Program-made: the position numbers and the translations under genes
The notes under the pieces: generated by a model
Database searches by the model: none
What the model saw: the letters and a program-made list of their open reading frames with translations, nothing else
What the model was told of the DNA's origin: nothing
Assembly (NCBI RefSeq): GCF_009914755.1
Contig: NC_060941.1
Length of the DNA: 64,000 nucleotides
Reading direction: 5' to 3' (one strand)
Source of the DNA: the human T2T-CHM13v2.0 reference genome, Homo sapiens
Part shown: piece after piece, positions 1-21,883 of the stretch
Numbering within the stretch: position 1 is the first letter of the stretch
Layout: each line of letters starts with the position of its first letter

Positions 1-1
1 T

Positions 2-1060
<1,059 letters not shown>

Positions 1061-1115
1061 TTCTTTCTTTTCTTTCTTTTCTTTTCTTTCCTTTTTTTTT
1101 TTTTTTTTTTTTTGA

Positions 1116-1277
<162 letters not shown>

Positions 1278-1328
1278 TAGTAGAGACGGGGTTTCACCGT
1301 ATTAGTCAGGATGGTCTTGATCTCCTGA

Positions 1329-1577
<249 letters not shown>

Positions 1578-1754
1578 TAGTAGAGACGGGGTTTCACTAT
1601 ATTGGCCAGGCTGGTCTCAAACTCCTGACCTCAGGTGATCCTCCCGCCTAGTACTCCCAAAGTGCTAGGACTACAGGTGTGAGCCACCGCGCCCAGCTGA
1701 CTGTGTTTAACTTTCCAAGAAATGCCTTCCTTTTTGTATGTTTATTCTTCCTAG

Positions 1755-1816
1755 AGCCACGGTTGGAGGGACCTCAAGCACAGAGTGAAGAATCAGTGGA
1801 GCCCGAGGCAGATGTG
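1755..1816 (+). CDS. DNAH2: DNAH2 exon w1 (62 nt) EPRLEGPQAQSEESVEPEADV
   Basis: ttcctag|AG...GTG|gtaggc. Confidence 0.9.
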
Positions 1817-2893
1817 GTAGGCTTGGGTCTTCCCTGTGGCAGATATTCCTCCCCCAAAACTGGTGAATCAAAGGATCAGTTGTGGATGGCACATGAGGAA
1901 TTCTCTCTTGTCTGCCACTTCTTCTACTTGCTCTCTGCTGTTAGCCTACTCACCACAAATCCAGTTCACTGAGTAAAAGACAAAGTCATCTGTGCCTTCG
2001 CCAGGACAGAGGAGGGCTTTAAGTAAGGCGCAGGTCTCTCTTGTCTCCCCACCTTGGGTCAAACTGTGATGAGCTTATTCATCATGCGGGTGAACACCTG
2101 AACAAGTTGAATGAGCTGGGAAGATATTGTCCTAATTGGATACTAATTTCTAAGACATGCTCTTTCCACCTTTCCTTCAGTTCTTTCCTTTGGCTGAAGA
2201 ATTTACAGAAGCTGCTTCAGTCACTTTGAGAAATGGCACTAAATGACCTCTGCTTCTTTATTTCCAAGTTGCATCAAAGCCTAGTCATGACCATAGTTAC
2301 CTGGGTGAGAAGAATAGAGTGATGACCTTGACATTTTTCAAAAAGGGAAAGAAAAGTAATAACTATCGAAGAAAAAAATGGCAAGAGACAGAAAAGTAAA
2401 ATAGAGAAAATAAGACTCATGGTGTTACTGCCCAAACACATTTAATATTAATATTTGATATGTCTGGCCAGACACGGTGGCTCAAGCCTGTAATCCCGCA
2501 CTTTAGGATGCCGAGGTGGGTGGATCACCTGAGGTCAGGATTTGAGACCAGCCTGGCCAACATAGTGAAACCCCATCTTTACTAAAAATACAAAAATTAG
2601 CAGGGTGTGGTGGCGGATGCCTGTAATCCCAGCTACTCGCCAGGCTGAGACAGGAGAATTGCTTGAACCCGAGGGCAGAGGTTGCAGTGAGCCAAGATCG
2701 TGCCACTGTACTCCAGTCAGGGCAATAAGAGCAAAACTCTGTCTCAAAACAAACGAACAAACAAAACCCAAAAAAACAAAAAAACAATATTTTGATATAT
2801 CTTTTACTTTTGTGCACAGGTTTGTAAGTTTGTTTGTTTTTGTATAATCCTAACTTTATCATATGTTACTTTTTTTTTTTTTTTTTTTTCTGA

Positions 2894-3169
<276 letters not shown>

Positions 3170-3186
3170 TAGCCCATATGTTATGA

Positions 3187-3345
<159 letters not shown>

Positions 3346-3348
3346 TGA

Positions 3349-3820
<472 letters not shown>

Positions 3821-4099
3821 TGATTCGCCCCCACCCCCCACCCCCACTCCGGCCTCCTGAAATGTTGGGATTACAGGCATGAGCCACCACGCCTGGCCAA
3901 TTTTTTTTTATATTTGCATTTTTAAAAATGACATATCTATGCAGGTCCTTTTGTCTATTTGTTTATTGAGTTTTTAGTGTTTTTCTTATTGGTTCATCCT
4001 GTCTATATGTATTATAGGAAAGATTTTAGATCACTATTAATTTTTCTTGACCTGGAAACTTTAAGTAAGAGAGATTCCTTCTTCCAGGAGGAAAGATGA

Positions 4100-4541
<442 letters not shown>

Positions 4542-5274
4542 TGACTCCTGGGTTCAAACGATTCTCCTGCCGCAGCTTCCTGAGTAGCTGGGATTACAGG
4601 CATGCACCACCACGCCCGGCTAATTTTGTATTTTTAGTAGAGACAAGGTTTCTCCATGTTGGTCAGGCTGGTCTCGAACTCCCGACCTCAGGTGATCCAC
4701 TTGCCTCGGCCTCCCAAAGTGCTGGGATTATAGATGTGAGCCACCGCGCCCAGCCCTCTTTGGTGTTTTTGTGTCTTTTTCCCTCCTCACTTTTTCCTTA
4801 ATGTTGTACCAATTGACTTTTACCTAGTATTTTACACTTCTTTTGGACTCCATCGTGAAGAAATTGCTCCTATACCCTCTCCCTTTTCCAGCTTGTGGTC
4901 TCCCTGCTCCTAATTGCTTGATCTAGGCTAATATCCTACACATTCCCTTAATTCACCTTTACCTTTGAGATCGAGGGCTGACATTTTTAAAAACTACAGG
5001 CATAAAGATAATCTCTTGCATTGGGTGAATAATATCCCAGTTTTCCTCTGTGATCTGTTTGTTTGTTTGTTTGTTTGTTTTATTACTCTTAGAGGCAAGA
5101 AATCTTATTTTTCTGTTTCTTCCAAAGCTTGAAAGCTATCTTTCAGTTTCTCCTAACCATTCTGAACCTGTCTGGCTTCTCTCATCTCCCATGTCCTCAT
5201 TTGTGATTGTGGATGGGAGGAATGACTCATCCTGGCAGTTGTAGTTACTTTGGCCCTCTGCTCTCCTTCTGTAG

Positions 5275-5445
5275 AAGCCCCTCTTCCTTTCCCGAGCTGC
5301 GCTGACAGGACTGGCGGATGCAGTGTGGACACAGGAGCATGATGCCATTCTGGAACACTTTGCCCAGGACCCTACAGAATCCATCCTCACCATCTTCATT
5401 GACCCTTGTTTTGGGCTGAAGCTAGAGCTGGGCATGCCTGTACAG
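5275..5445 (+). CDS. DNAH2: DNAH2 exon w2 (171 nt) KPLFLSRAALTG...LGMPVQ
   Basis: ctgtag|AAG...CAG|gtgcgt; ORF 5323..5652 overlaps. Confidence 0.93.
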
Positions 5446-5530
5446 GTGCGTACCCTACATTCCCAGATCAAAGGTGGTCCTACAGAGAGCCGAGGGCTCT
5501 CAGTTCCTTCATCATCCTTAAGTCTTGTCA

Positions 5531-5905
<375 letters not shown>

Positions 5906-6500
5906 TCAAAAAAAAAAAAAAAAAAAAAAAAGAATGTTGTCCTGGTCTAGTGGGGAAGACAGACATATAAGCAAATATTTACTATAGTTTGTGATCATGG
6001 GCAAAGCTTTATAGGAGCGTTATGGGAGCAACTAATGGAGCCAGTGGAATTCTGGGAAGCCTTGATGGTGGAGGTGCTATTTGAGCTGGGATGAAGGGTA
6101 AGTGGGATTCCATCAAGACTAGGTAAGAGCTATTCAGCAAAGACCACTCTACGTACAAAGAAAAGAGAAGTAGTGGGAAGTGATACTGAAAGGGGCTTGG
6201 GGTCAGCTTATGAAGGGCCTTGTATATTATACTCGAGAATTTGGCCGCTATCCCAGAGAGTGCTATTGAAGTCTTTTATAGTTTAGATAGATAACTATTT
6301 CAACAGTGTGGAGAATACATTAGACAAGGGTAGACCTAGGGTAGGGAGACAGTTAAAAGACAGATGGATAGTAAAATGTTGCTGGTAGAATCTGGGTGGT
6401 GGTCATACAGGTCATCACTGTAAAATTCTTTGAACTTTTCTGTATATATCTTTGAAAATTTTGGAAAAAAAATGTTGGAAAACTTAAAAGGCTGTTGCTT

Positions 6501-6597
6501 TGCTCATATTGGCGGCACATATACAAAAGTGGAAAGGATGAGATTGATTGGCATGGCCCTGTGAAACAATGACGCAATTTGTGAAGCATTCTGCGTT
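6501..6597 (+). pseudogene. Degenerate U6 snRNA retrocopy
   Basis: tgctc..ggcggcacatatacaaaagtggaa..gattggcatggccctgtg..atgacgcaatttgtgaagcattc is collinear with full-length U6; ACAGAGA box lost. Confidence 0.8.
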
Positions 6598-6599
6598 GA

Positions 6600-6850
6600 A
6601 CATGGGCAGAAGAACTTTTGCCCTGTGCACTGGCAGTAATCAGCCACAAAACAATGAAAAAAGATTTCATTCGCAAAAGGAACCACAATTTGCAAAATAT
6701 ATTTATATTTGAATATACATTTTAATATAAAAGTATGATTTATATGAAGGAAAACAACTTTGTTGCAGGCCGTGAAAAACGATTTGAAGAAATGAGGAGC
6801 CACAGCTTGTTTCGGAGTAGGAATCTTAATATCATAAAGATCATTTTATA
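6600..6850 (+). mobile_element. Old L1M ORF2 fragment directly 3' of the U6 copy
   Basis: gatttatatgaaggaaaac...gatttgaagaaatgagg...ggaatcttaatatcataaagat resembles the L1 ORF2 segment gacctatatgaagaaaac...aataaatggagag...actcaatatcataaagat. Confidence 0.6.
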
Positions 6851-6863
6851 TAAAAAAGTATCA

Positions 6864-7919
<1,056 letters not shown>

Positions 7920-8969
7920 TAAATGAGCACTAACCACCTGTCCATTTCCCTGAGGCAATTCTCTTAGGCCAAAGAAAAGTGAATAAAACATAAAACACCC
8001 AACCCTTTCACTTTAACTTCCAGGGGCAAAAATAAACTGGTCTCTCACAGTGGGAGGTCAAATCACCCACAGTACATTAGAGCAAAAAGAATGAGTTCAC
8101 ATGCTTGCTGCCCAAGCACGAGCAAAATGAAAAGAAATTGCATGGTAACTGCAAGTGCATTACATCAAAGAAAAAAGAGGAACAAAGCATGCAAAAGAGG
8201 AAAACATAACTGAATGAACAGGAGGAGATTCCTCACAACAGTACCATGTTCTACCACAACTTAATAAGACCAGGGATTCAATTAAAAAAAAAAAAAAAAG
8301 CTGAGCCCTGAAATGATAAAATGTGAGAATAAGATAAAAGGGAGACTGCAGATTTTAGGAAATGAATAAAGCAGCATGTTATAAAACCAGTAGATTGGAA
8401 ATAGCAAGGAACTGAATAGCTAACCCAGAAAATCCTATCACTGACAGAGGAGAGGCTTGAGGTAATCACCGTGTATGCAGAAGAAAAAGCCAAGGACATT
8501 AACACAATTAGAGAAGCTAACAGATACGAAAGACTAACATAGATGATCTTGTATAGAGAGCCAACAAATGAAACAATATAAATGTAAAGATAAAATACAA
8601 GTAATTTCCCTGAAATGCAGAAGGAACTGAATCTGGGAATCAAAAAGGACACACTGTATTCCACAAAATTTGTTGCACATCTTGGCTAAGCTACTCAATT
8701 GTAGGAAAAATTAATTCCTTAGGAATATCCCCTATGCGGTAATCCTGCTAAGAATATTTAACTTGAATCTGGCAATAAGGAGACAATCCAATAAATCCAA
8801 ATTAAGAGACATATTGGGAAAAGAAAACTGGCCTGGACTATTAGAAATATCAATGCCATGAGACAATCGCTTGAACCCGGGAGGCGGAGATTGCAGCAAG
8901 CCAAGATTGTGCCACTGCACTCCAGCCTGGGTGACAGAGCGAGAGTCTGTCTCAAAAAAAAAAAATTTA

Positions 8970-9299
<330 letters not shown>

Positions 9300-9886
9300 T
9301 TAAATTAAATTAAAAAGAAAAAGAAAATCAATGCCATGAAAGAAAAAGGTTGGGGAGTGCTTTAAAATTAAAGGATACTAAGAGACATGACCATGTGTGA
9401 TCTTGGATTAGATTCTGGATTGGGTCTTTCAAAGCAGTGAGCTAATAGAACTCAAAATTGAAAGTTAGTGAGAAAACTCATAATATTTTTCATAATCTTT
9501 TTTTCTTACCACCATAGAAAGGGATCCTTTGGGAAGAAACCTCTCTTCTGGATGAAGAAACATTTATTTGAAGCTCAGGAATTCCTTTATAGCTACTTCT
9601 ATTTCTTTTTATTTGCTTAAATTCAAGTAAAATTAAATTTAATAGTTTTAATTAAAAACAGCTTGCTCCTATTTAAAAATAATGATTTTAATTTAATTTT
9701 CTATATGTATATAGCTATAGAAAAATATGTAGAATAATGTTTTCTCTAATATTAACAATATTAATTTTTAGGTGGTGGAATTTTAGATGACATTTTAACT
9801 TTTATCTTTGTAGTTTTCTGCATTGTTTCAATTATTTATATTTAACGTATGTCATCTTCACAAAAATAATAGTTGTTAAACTTTTA

Positions 9887-10180
<294 letters not shown>

Positions 10181-10277
10181 TCAAAAAAAAAAAAAAAAAG
10201 GACACAAAATGCCAATATTTATTTTATTTCTGGGTAGTAAGAAGACAGATGATTATTAATTTCTTCCTTGTGCTTTA

Positions 10278-10623
<346 letters not shown>

Positions 10624-11238
10624 TCAAAAAAGCACTAAAAAACCCAAACGAAACAGGTGAGTCTGATATTAGGGTGGAAATGGCCTTTCTAAATATGTAG
10701 CAGTCAGAACTTTAAGGAATTTTATATTTAATTACATGAAAGATATATGCTTTTGTACGTAAACCACAAAAGCCATAAGCAAAATTGAAGCATATGTGTA
10801 AAATTTTGGGAGAAATATATGCAACCAAAATGGAAAACCCTAGACAATTGTCTCTTCCTTCCAGTCCTTCTCCTTTCTGCTTTTTCCATTGGCTGAAGTG
10901 CTTCCTCCATTCCATCCTTTCTTTCTATCGATCCGTTCATCCATCCAACAAACATTATTGAGCATCTACTCTATGCCAGGCAGTGTACTAGGTTCTGGAG
11001 CCTAGTTGGACAAAATGTACAGTCCCTACTCTCAAGGCATACTCTCTGCATTTCCTCCCCACATCTCTGGATATGGAATCATATCCGTGAAAAGAACAGG
11101 AAGCACTTCATGGCACTTCCATTTAGAGAAGGATCAGGATACCCTGAGGGACGTGAGAAAGAACTCAGCCGGGCTTTTGTGACTGGGTGTCATGGCTGGG
11201 CCTGGAGACTGAACTCTGATCTGCTGTCTTCCATGCAG

Positions 11239-11909
<671 letters not shown>

Positions 11910-12334
11910 TGAGCCACCACACCCTGCCAAGATCCGCTTTCTAATCCAGACACACTTTTCTGTTGTGGAACTTGTTGGCCAGACCTGCTTCAACTTAGAC
12001 TTGGAAATTTCTAAAAGCACATGTGGGGGAAAGGGAAATATAGGTGCTGTGGGGACACTGGGAGGACTCACATGTCTCGTGGTAGAGAGTGTTGAAGGCG
12101 CGATACAGATCTTTGACCTTATTTTATGGCAATTTCTTGTTATAACTCCATGAGGTTTCCCTCTTGCCTTTGGTCATTTCTTGATATCAAAAAAGCATGA
12201 GTCACCATTTCTTCTACCTGCTCTCCTGAAATGCATATGCTTCCTGGTCCCCTACCGATCATCAACCGTGATTCCTACGGGGCCAGCAAGAACTCATCCC
12301 CTCTGTCCACTTCCACAAACTTTCCTTTCCTTAG

Positions 12335-12445
12335 ACACTCGGTACAAACTGGAGGGGCACACGGTCCTCTACATCCCTGCAGAGGCCATGAACATGAAGC
12401 CTGAGATGGTGATAAAGGACAAAGAGCTGGTGCAACGGCTAGAGA
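12335..12445 (+). CDS. DNAH2: DNAH2 exon w4 (111 nt) DTRYKLEGHTVLYIP...VQRLE
   Basis: ccttag|AC...GAGA|gtgagt. Confidence 0.95.
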
Positions 12446-12621
12446 GTGAGTGGCTGGCACTGCTAGCATCACCTGGCGATCACAGGGGAGAGGGAAAGGG
12501 GAGGCTCGGATGCTGACAATGGAGTTGGGTTAGGAGGTCTCTGTCGGGGTTGCGGGGAGTGAAGGATGCTGTTGGGAAGCAGTGTGAAGAAACGAAGGAG
12601 ATTTTGTACTCTCCCCTGCAG

Positions 12622-12860
12622 CCTCCATGATCCACTGGACCCGGCAGATAAAGGAGATGCTCAGTGCCCAGGAGACTGTGGAGACAGGAGAAAATTTAGG
12701 TCCTCTGGAGGAGATTGAGTTCTGGCGCAACCGATGCATGGACCTGTCTGGCATCAGTAAGCAGCTGGTGAAGAAGGGAGTGAAGCACGTTGAATCCATC
12801 CTGCACCTTGCCAAGTCGTCCTACTTGGCGCCCTTTATGAAACTGGCACAGCAGATCCAG
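12622..12860 (+). CDS. DNAH2: DNAH2 exon w5 (239 nt) TSMIHWTRQIK...GPLEEIEFW...AQQIQ (DHC_N1)
   Basis: ctgcag|CC...CAG|gtttgt; GPLEEIEFW motif of dynein tails. Confidence 0.95.
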
Positions 12861-13259
12861 GTTTGTGAGCGAATCAAAGGATTCAGGCTCAGCAAGAAGT
12901 GGGCAATGGTTGGGATGATACAGGGAGCTAAGTAAGGAGAGGGAGCCAAGGCAATCTTCGATAGCACAGACTGACCCACCCAGGGTTCGGCCTTGTACTT
13001 GCAGGAGAGTATAAAATAGTAGAATAGAGGGTCCCTAAGGAGAGAGACATCAAGTTAACCAATAAATATACATCAAGTACCTTCTGTGAGCACAACCCCT
13101 GCCACCCAGCTGGGAAAATAAGATTACCCAAAACAGGATTACTAGACAGCGTGGGAGCCAAAGATGAGCTCATGTGGTTCAGTCCAGGAATTACAAGATA
13201 AATACCTTTTTTCTTTGTTTGAATCTGCCTTCCAAGGAAAATCCAAGGAAAAGGGATAA

Positions 13260-15178
<1,919 letters not shown>

Positions 15179-15218
15179 CTAGTGCATAAATCTATTTCTC
15201 ATCTCTCTTTACTGCCAG

Positions 15219-15410
15219 GATGGCTCTCGTCAAGCACAGTCAAACCTGACCTTTTTGTCAATCCTGAAGGAACCTTACCAGGAGTTGGCTTTCATGAAGC
15301 CCAAGGACATCTCTAGCAAGCTCCCTAAGCTGATCAGTCTCATCCGCATCATCTGGGTCAACTCTCCCCACTACAACACTCGGGAGAGACTGACCTCGCT
15401 CTTCCGAAAG
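15219..15410 (+). CDS. DNAH2: DNAH2 exon w6 (192 nt) DGSRQAQSNLTFL...LTSLFRK
   Basis: tgccag|GAT...AAG|gtgtgc. Confidence 0.95.
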
Positions 15411-16114
15411 GTGTGCATATGCTGAGGGTGGGATGGAGGGGTTTATGAGGGTGGCCGGGTTTTCTGAAGCAGGGGGAATGCATTCGGCAGAGGATCTGTG
15501 GTTGAAAAGGTAGTGAAGATTGCCCTTCTGCTCAGAGACTGAGCTCAGAAGGCTTCTACCGGCATGATCTGCTTTAGGGTTGCTCAGCATTGGAGCCTGG
15601 GCTGGACTTTCTGTTTCTAGGTGGAGGTGGCTTAGGCAGGAAGAGGGGCTTCAGAAGAGGAGTTGGTGGAAGACGGGGAAGCAGCAGGAAGAACAGACCC
15701 CCAAGCTGAGCTGTGTGGAAGGAAAAGCTCTTCTTCCCATTCCTCAAGATGGAGATTGCAGTGGGGGAGAGGGGATTTAGGAAGGAGCACCGGCTCTTGA
15801 GGAGCAGGGCCTGGTGCATTCACTGGGGGTGAAAAAGCCAAAGAGTGGGAGAAGGGACACTGAGCTGAGACCTTGCTGGGCAGGGTGGCTGCAGAGCTGG
15901 GCTGAGGCAGAGTAAGGGGCCACCTAGGACAAGGAGTGGGCATGGAACCCAGAGGTGTCGGCCTGGCCAGGGGTGGAGAACCAGGGGTGGGATGAGTTTC
16001 AGGAGTCAAATTAAGGAGTAGGGGGCTGAGACATGAAGCACGGGCAGGGGGATGCAGAGAAGGAGTTGGGTGTCAAGGAGGTGGGGACAGAGGCTGTGGG
16101 GACTCCTTCTGCAG

Positions 16115-16272
16115 ATGAGCAATGAGATCATCCGCTTATGCTGCCACGCCATCTCCCTGGACCGGATCTTTGAGGGATATGTCTCTTCCAGCAAGGAGGA
16201 CCTGCAAGGCTGCATTCTCTGTTGTCACGCTTGGAAAGATCACTACGTACAGGCTGTGCAGATGCACATCCA
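16115..16272 (+). CDS. DNAH2: DNAH2 exon w7 (158 nt, likely alternative) MSNEIIRLCC...VQMHI
   Basis: ctgcag|ATG...ATCCA|gtatga; dynein tail-like peptide. Confidence 0.88.
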
Positions 16273-16335
16273 GTATGATACGCCTCCCCTAACATCCCAT
16301 GTCTCAACTCCCTTGTCAGCCCTGTAAGAGGGTAG

Positions 16336-16783
<448 letters not shown>

Positions 16784-17078
16784 CTTCTTATTTTAATAAT
16801 CTCTCCTCCCTGATCCCAGGAACCCTACCTGGTCTTTTCCTCCTATCTTGACCCCATCGTCTAAAATTCTATTATGTATGAATCTGCTCCTAGAACTTAG
16901 ATGCTCTGTCTCCTGTCTGGTTCTTCTCACCTTGAGTCTTGTCCTTTGGGATTCAGGAGGGTTGTTTCTCGGGGTCTGATTTTTCTAGGGCTTTCCCTGA
17001 ATGCAGGGCTCCTGGTCTAGGTTTGCATAGCCAGACTGCTCTTGCCTTCCAATTCAGTCGGCCTTTCTCCTGACACAG

Positions 17079-17166
17079 GTTCTCCAGTCGGGGCTGGGTC
17101 CTAGATCAGACCAGCATCTTTGCTCAGGTTGATGCCTTTGTGCAGCGCTGCAAGGACCTTATTGAG
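17079..17166 (+). CDS. DNAH2: DNAH2 exon w8 (88 nt, likely alternative) QFSSRGWVLDQTSIFAQVDAFVQRCKDLIE
   Basis: acacag|G...GAG|gtggga; IFAQVDAFVQRC is a conserved DHC_N1 motif; restores frame after w7. Confidence 0.88.
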
Positions 17167-17274
17167 GTGGGAAGACTGAAGAACCAAAAGCTAACAGCAG
17201 ACCCTCCAGAATCCCTCCCCACCTCCCACCCCAGGAACCAGGGCAAACGGGGCAGAGGCTAAATATTGAACTTA

Positions 17275-17673
<399 letters not shown>

Positions 17674-17884
17674 TCATATTTCATTCTGTGGCCAAAGTTC
17701 ATCCCAGCAGCCCCCTGCAGCTGGTTGGCCCTCCCTGGTTTTTAGATATTTTCTTCTTCTTTTTTTTTTTTTCACTTGCCATCACTCACAGTGATGTTTT
17801 TAGACATTTGAAGCTAAACCAAATAGCTTAGGACTTTGGAGTTTGGAAGGAAAGCAGGAACCCTCATGCTGTCTTCTTTTTTAG

Positions 17885-18090
17885 GTATGTGACTGTCAGT
17901 ATCACTTCGCCCGCTGGGAAGATGGCAAGCAGGGTCCCCTTCCTTGCTTCTTTGGTGCCCAGGGGCCACAGATAACACGGAACTTGCTGGAGATTGAGGA
18001 CATCTTTCATAAAAATCTGCACACGCTGCGAGCCGTTCGCGGGGGTATCCTGGATGTCAAGAACACCTGTTGGCATGAAGACTACAATAA
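17885..18090 (+). CDS. DNAH2: DNAH2 exon w9 (206 nt) VCDCQYHFARW...WHEDYN
   Basis: ttttag|GTA...AATAA|gtgagg. Confidence 0.94.
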
Positions 18091-18289
18091 GTGAGGGAAC
18101 CACAGGCTGATGCCAGGCGTGGGCAGGGAAGGCAGATCAGGCAGCCAAGAGTGGGAGGAGTGGCGAGAGTATGCAAAGGAAATGGTGGAAGGACAGATCG
18201 GGATCAGGGCGGTGGCCCGGGGGGGGGGACAGGAGAGAGTGCAGGGGAGGGGGGTGGCAGCTTGGGTTGAGGGTTCCAGAGTGAGCCTT

Positions 18290-18480
18290 TCCGGACTTGG
18301 ATCTTGGTTCTGCCACATACCAGATATATGACATTGGGCAAATTACTCCACCAGCTGTCTCCACTTCCTCCTCTATGCAATACGGTTAGAGATAGAGCCC
18401 ATCTCACAGCATTGTTTTGAGGATTAAATGGATTCATGTAGGTAAAGTACTTGGAGTGCCTGGCACACAGGAAGCCCTCT
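18290..18480 (+). mobile_element. MIR fragment
   Basis: ttctgccac...tgacattgggcaaattact...aggattaaatg...gtgcctggcacacaggaagc. Confidence 0.7.
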
Positions 18481-18571
18481 GTCCTCAGCAATGCATGGGA
18501 TTCTTCCTCAGGGGTTGGAGTTGGGGGCAGGCGAGGGCACTCAGCTGCCACATGCCTCTCCACCGGTGCAG

Positions 18572-18701
18572 GTTCCGTGCCGGAATCAAGGACCTGGAGG
18601 TGATGACCCAGAACCTGATCACCTCAGCCTTCGAGTTGGTGCGGGACGTGCCGCACGGCGTGCTTCTGCTGGACACCTTCCACAGGCTTGCCTCCCGCGA
18701 G
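18572..18701 (+). CDS. DNAH2: DNAH2 exon w10 (130 nt) KFRAGIKDLEVM...LASRE
   Basis: gtgcag|G...GAG|gtgcgg. Confidence 0.94.
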
Positions 18702-18961
18702 GTGCGGCTGCCCCGCGGCTTCCTCGGCTTCCCGTCCCGCGTGCTTTCCTGGAGTCCCTCCTTCCGGAGGCCCTCCTGCCTCCACGTGTGCCCTTCTCCA
18801 TGTCCAGCATTCGGGCGCCTCTTGTCTTTCTTCTGTTCCCTGGCTTCGGCGTCCCCGGGAGTGTGACTCCCGCAGCGGGGTGCAGCTTTCCTCTGGGATG
18901 AGTGACCGGAGGGAACCCGCCTTCCCGGGCACGTCGCCAGCCTCTTCCTCTTCTTCCCTAG

Positions 18962-19144
18962 GCTATCAAGCGGACTTATGACAAGAAGGCGGTGGATCTC
19001 TACATGCTGTTCAATAGCGAGCTGGCCCTGGTGAACCGTGAACGGAACAAGAAATGGCCAGACCTGGAGCCCTACGTGGCCCAGTATTCCGGAAAGGCGC
19101 GCTGGGTGCACATCCTCCGGCGTCGCATCGACAGAGTCATGACC
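18962..19144 (+). CDS. DNAH2: DNAH2 exon w11 (183 nt) AIKRTYDKK...IDRVMT
   Basis: ccctag|GCT...ACC|gtaagt. Confidence 0.95.
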
Positions 19145-19258
19145 GTAAGTGCCTGGCCTTCTCCATATTCTGTCGTCAGTGAGACCGCCAGGAGGGATGG
19201 GGGATGGCTCCTGAGAGGTTCCCCAAAGAGTCTTCAGGACCAGCACCTATGTCGGTGA

Positions 19259-19758
<500 letters not shown>

Positions 19759-19847
19759 TGATCCACCCACCTGGGCCTCCCAAAGTGCTGGGATTACAGG
19801 CGTGAGCCACCGCGCCCGGCTTCTTTTTCTTTTTTCTTTTTTTCTGA

Positions 19848-20193
<346 letters not shown>

Positions 20194-20392
20194 TAGAAGA
20201 TACAGCCTCATGATCCAGAGACCTGGACAGGTGACACCCTTACAGAGCCTGGTCTCTCTGGAAAGACAGCACAAAGAAACAACAGAAAAACATTGTTTTA
20301 AAACTTTCTGGGGCCAGGTGCGGTGGCTCACACCTGTAATCCCAGCACTTTGGGAGGCCAAGGTGGGTGGATCATTTGAAGTTAGGAGTTCA

Positions 20393-20672
<280 letters not shown>

Positions 20673-21091
20673 TCATGCAGCTGGTGCTGGTAGAGAGTTA
20701 GGCAGCCTGCAGATAGCTGGAGGCTGGTTTGGGCCTGGTGGACTACGCCCAGGCTAGGAAGGGCTGATACTGGTTTTCAACCTTGTGCCTCATATCCTGC
20801 TCCTTCTGTGACTGACCTTTTTCTCCCAGCTTTTTTTCCTAAACAAATTCTCTGTGCTTCTCTTTCCTCATTTTGACTCCTTTTCTCATTGCGCCTTGGT
20901 CTCTTCCTATCACCTTCCTTTTTGACTCTACCTTCCTTCTAAGTTATCAAAACTCAATCCATCTCCATAGCAAGCCTTATGCATATTGTTGGGGTATGTG
21001 CGCATGCGCGCATGTGTAGGTCTCAGGGAGATGGTGGCCCCTGGAGGAAGGTGGCAGGCCGACTCCACCCACCTGTTCTTCTTCCCCTCAG

Positions 21092-21306
21092 TGCCTTGCT
21101 GGTGCTCATTTCCTGCCCCGTATTGGGACTGGAAAGGAGAGTGTGCACACCTATCAGCAGATGGTCCAGGCCATTGATGAGCTGGTTCGAAAAACCTTCC
21201 AAGAGTGGACATCAAGTCTGGACAAGGATTGCATTCGGCGGTTGGATACCCCATTGCTGCGAATCAGCCAGGAGAAGGCGGGCATGCTGGATGTCAACTT
21301 TGACAA
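21092..21306 (+). CDS. DNAH2: DNAH2 exon w12 (215 nt) CLAGAHFLP...LDVNFD(K)
   Basis: cctcag|TGC...GACAA|gtacag (weak donor), then a 13.9-kb intron. Confidence 0.93.
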
Positions 21307-21825
<519 letters not shown>

Positions 21826-21883
21826 TCAAAAACAAAAATCAAAAACCACTCCACTATCTGACTAAACCAGTGATGTCGCTGTT

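Larger units (their letters stand above)
18560..19190. promoter_or_regulatory. Intragenic CpG-rich region spanning w10, the intervening intron and w11
   Basis: Visibly high GC and CpG density, including the non-coding intron 18702-18961. Confidence 0.65.

Noticed and set aside
18485-19246. 253-aa minus-strand ORF
   Set aside because: Antisense shadow of GC-rich w10/w11 and their intron; non-ATG start, no recognisable domain
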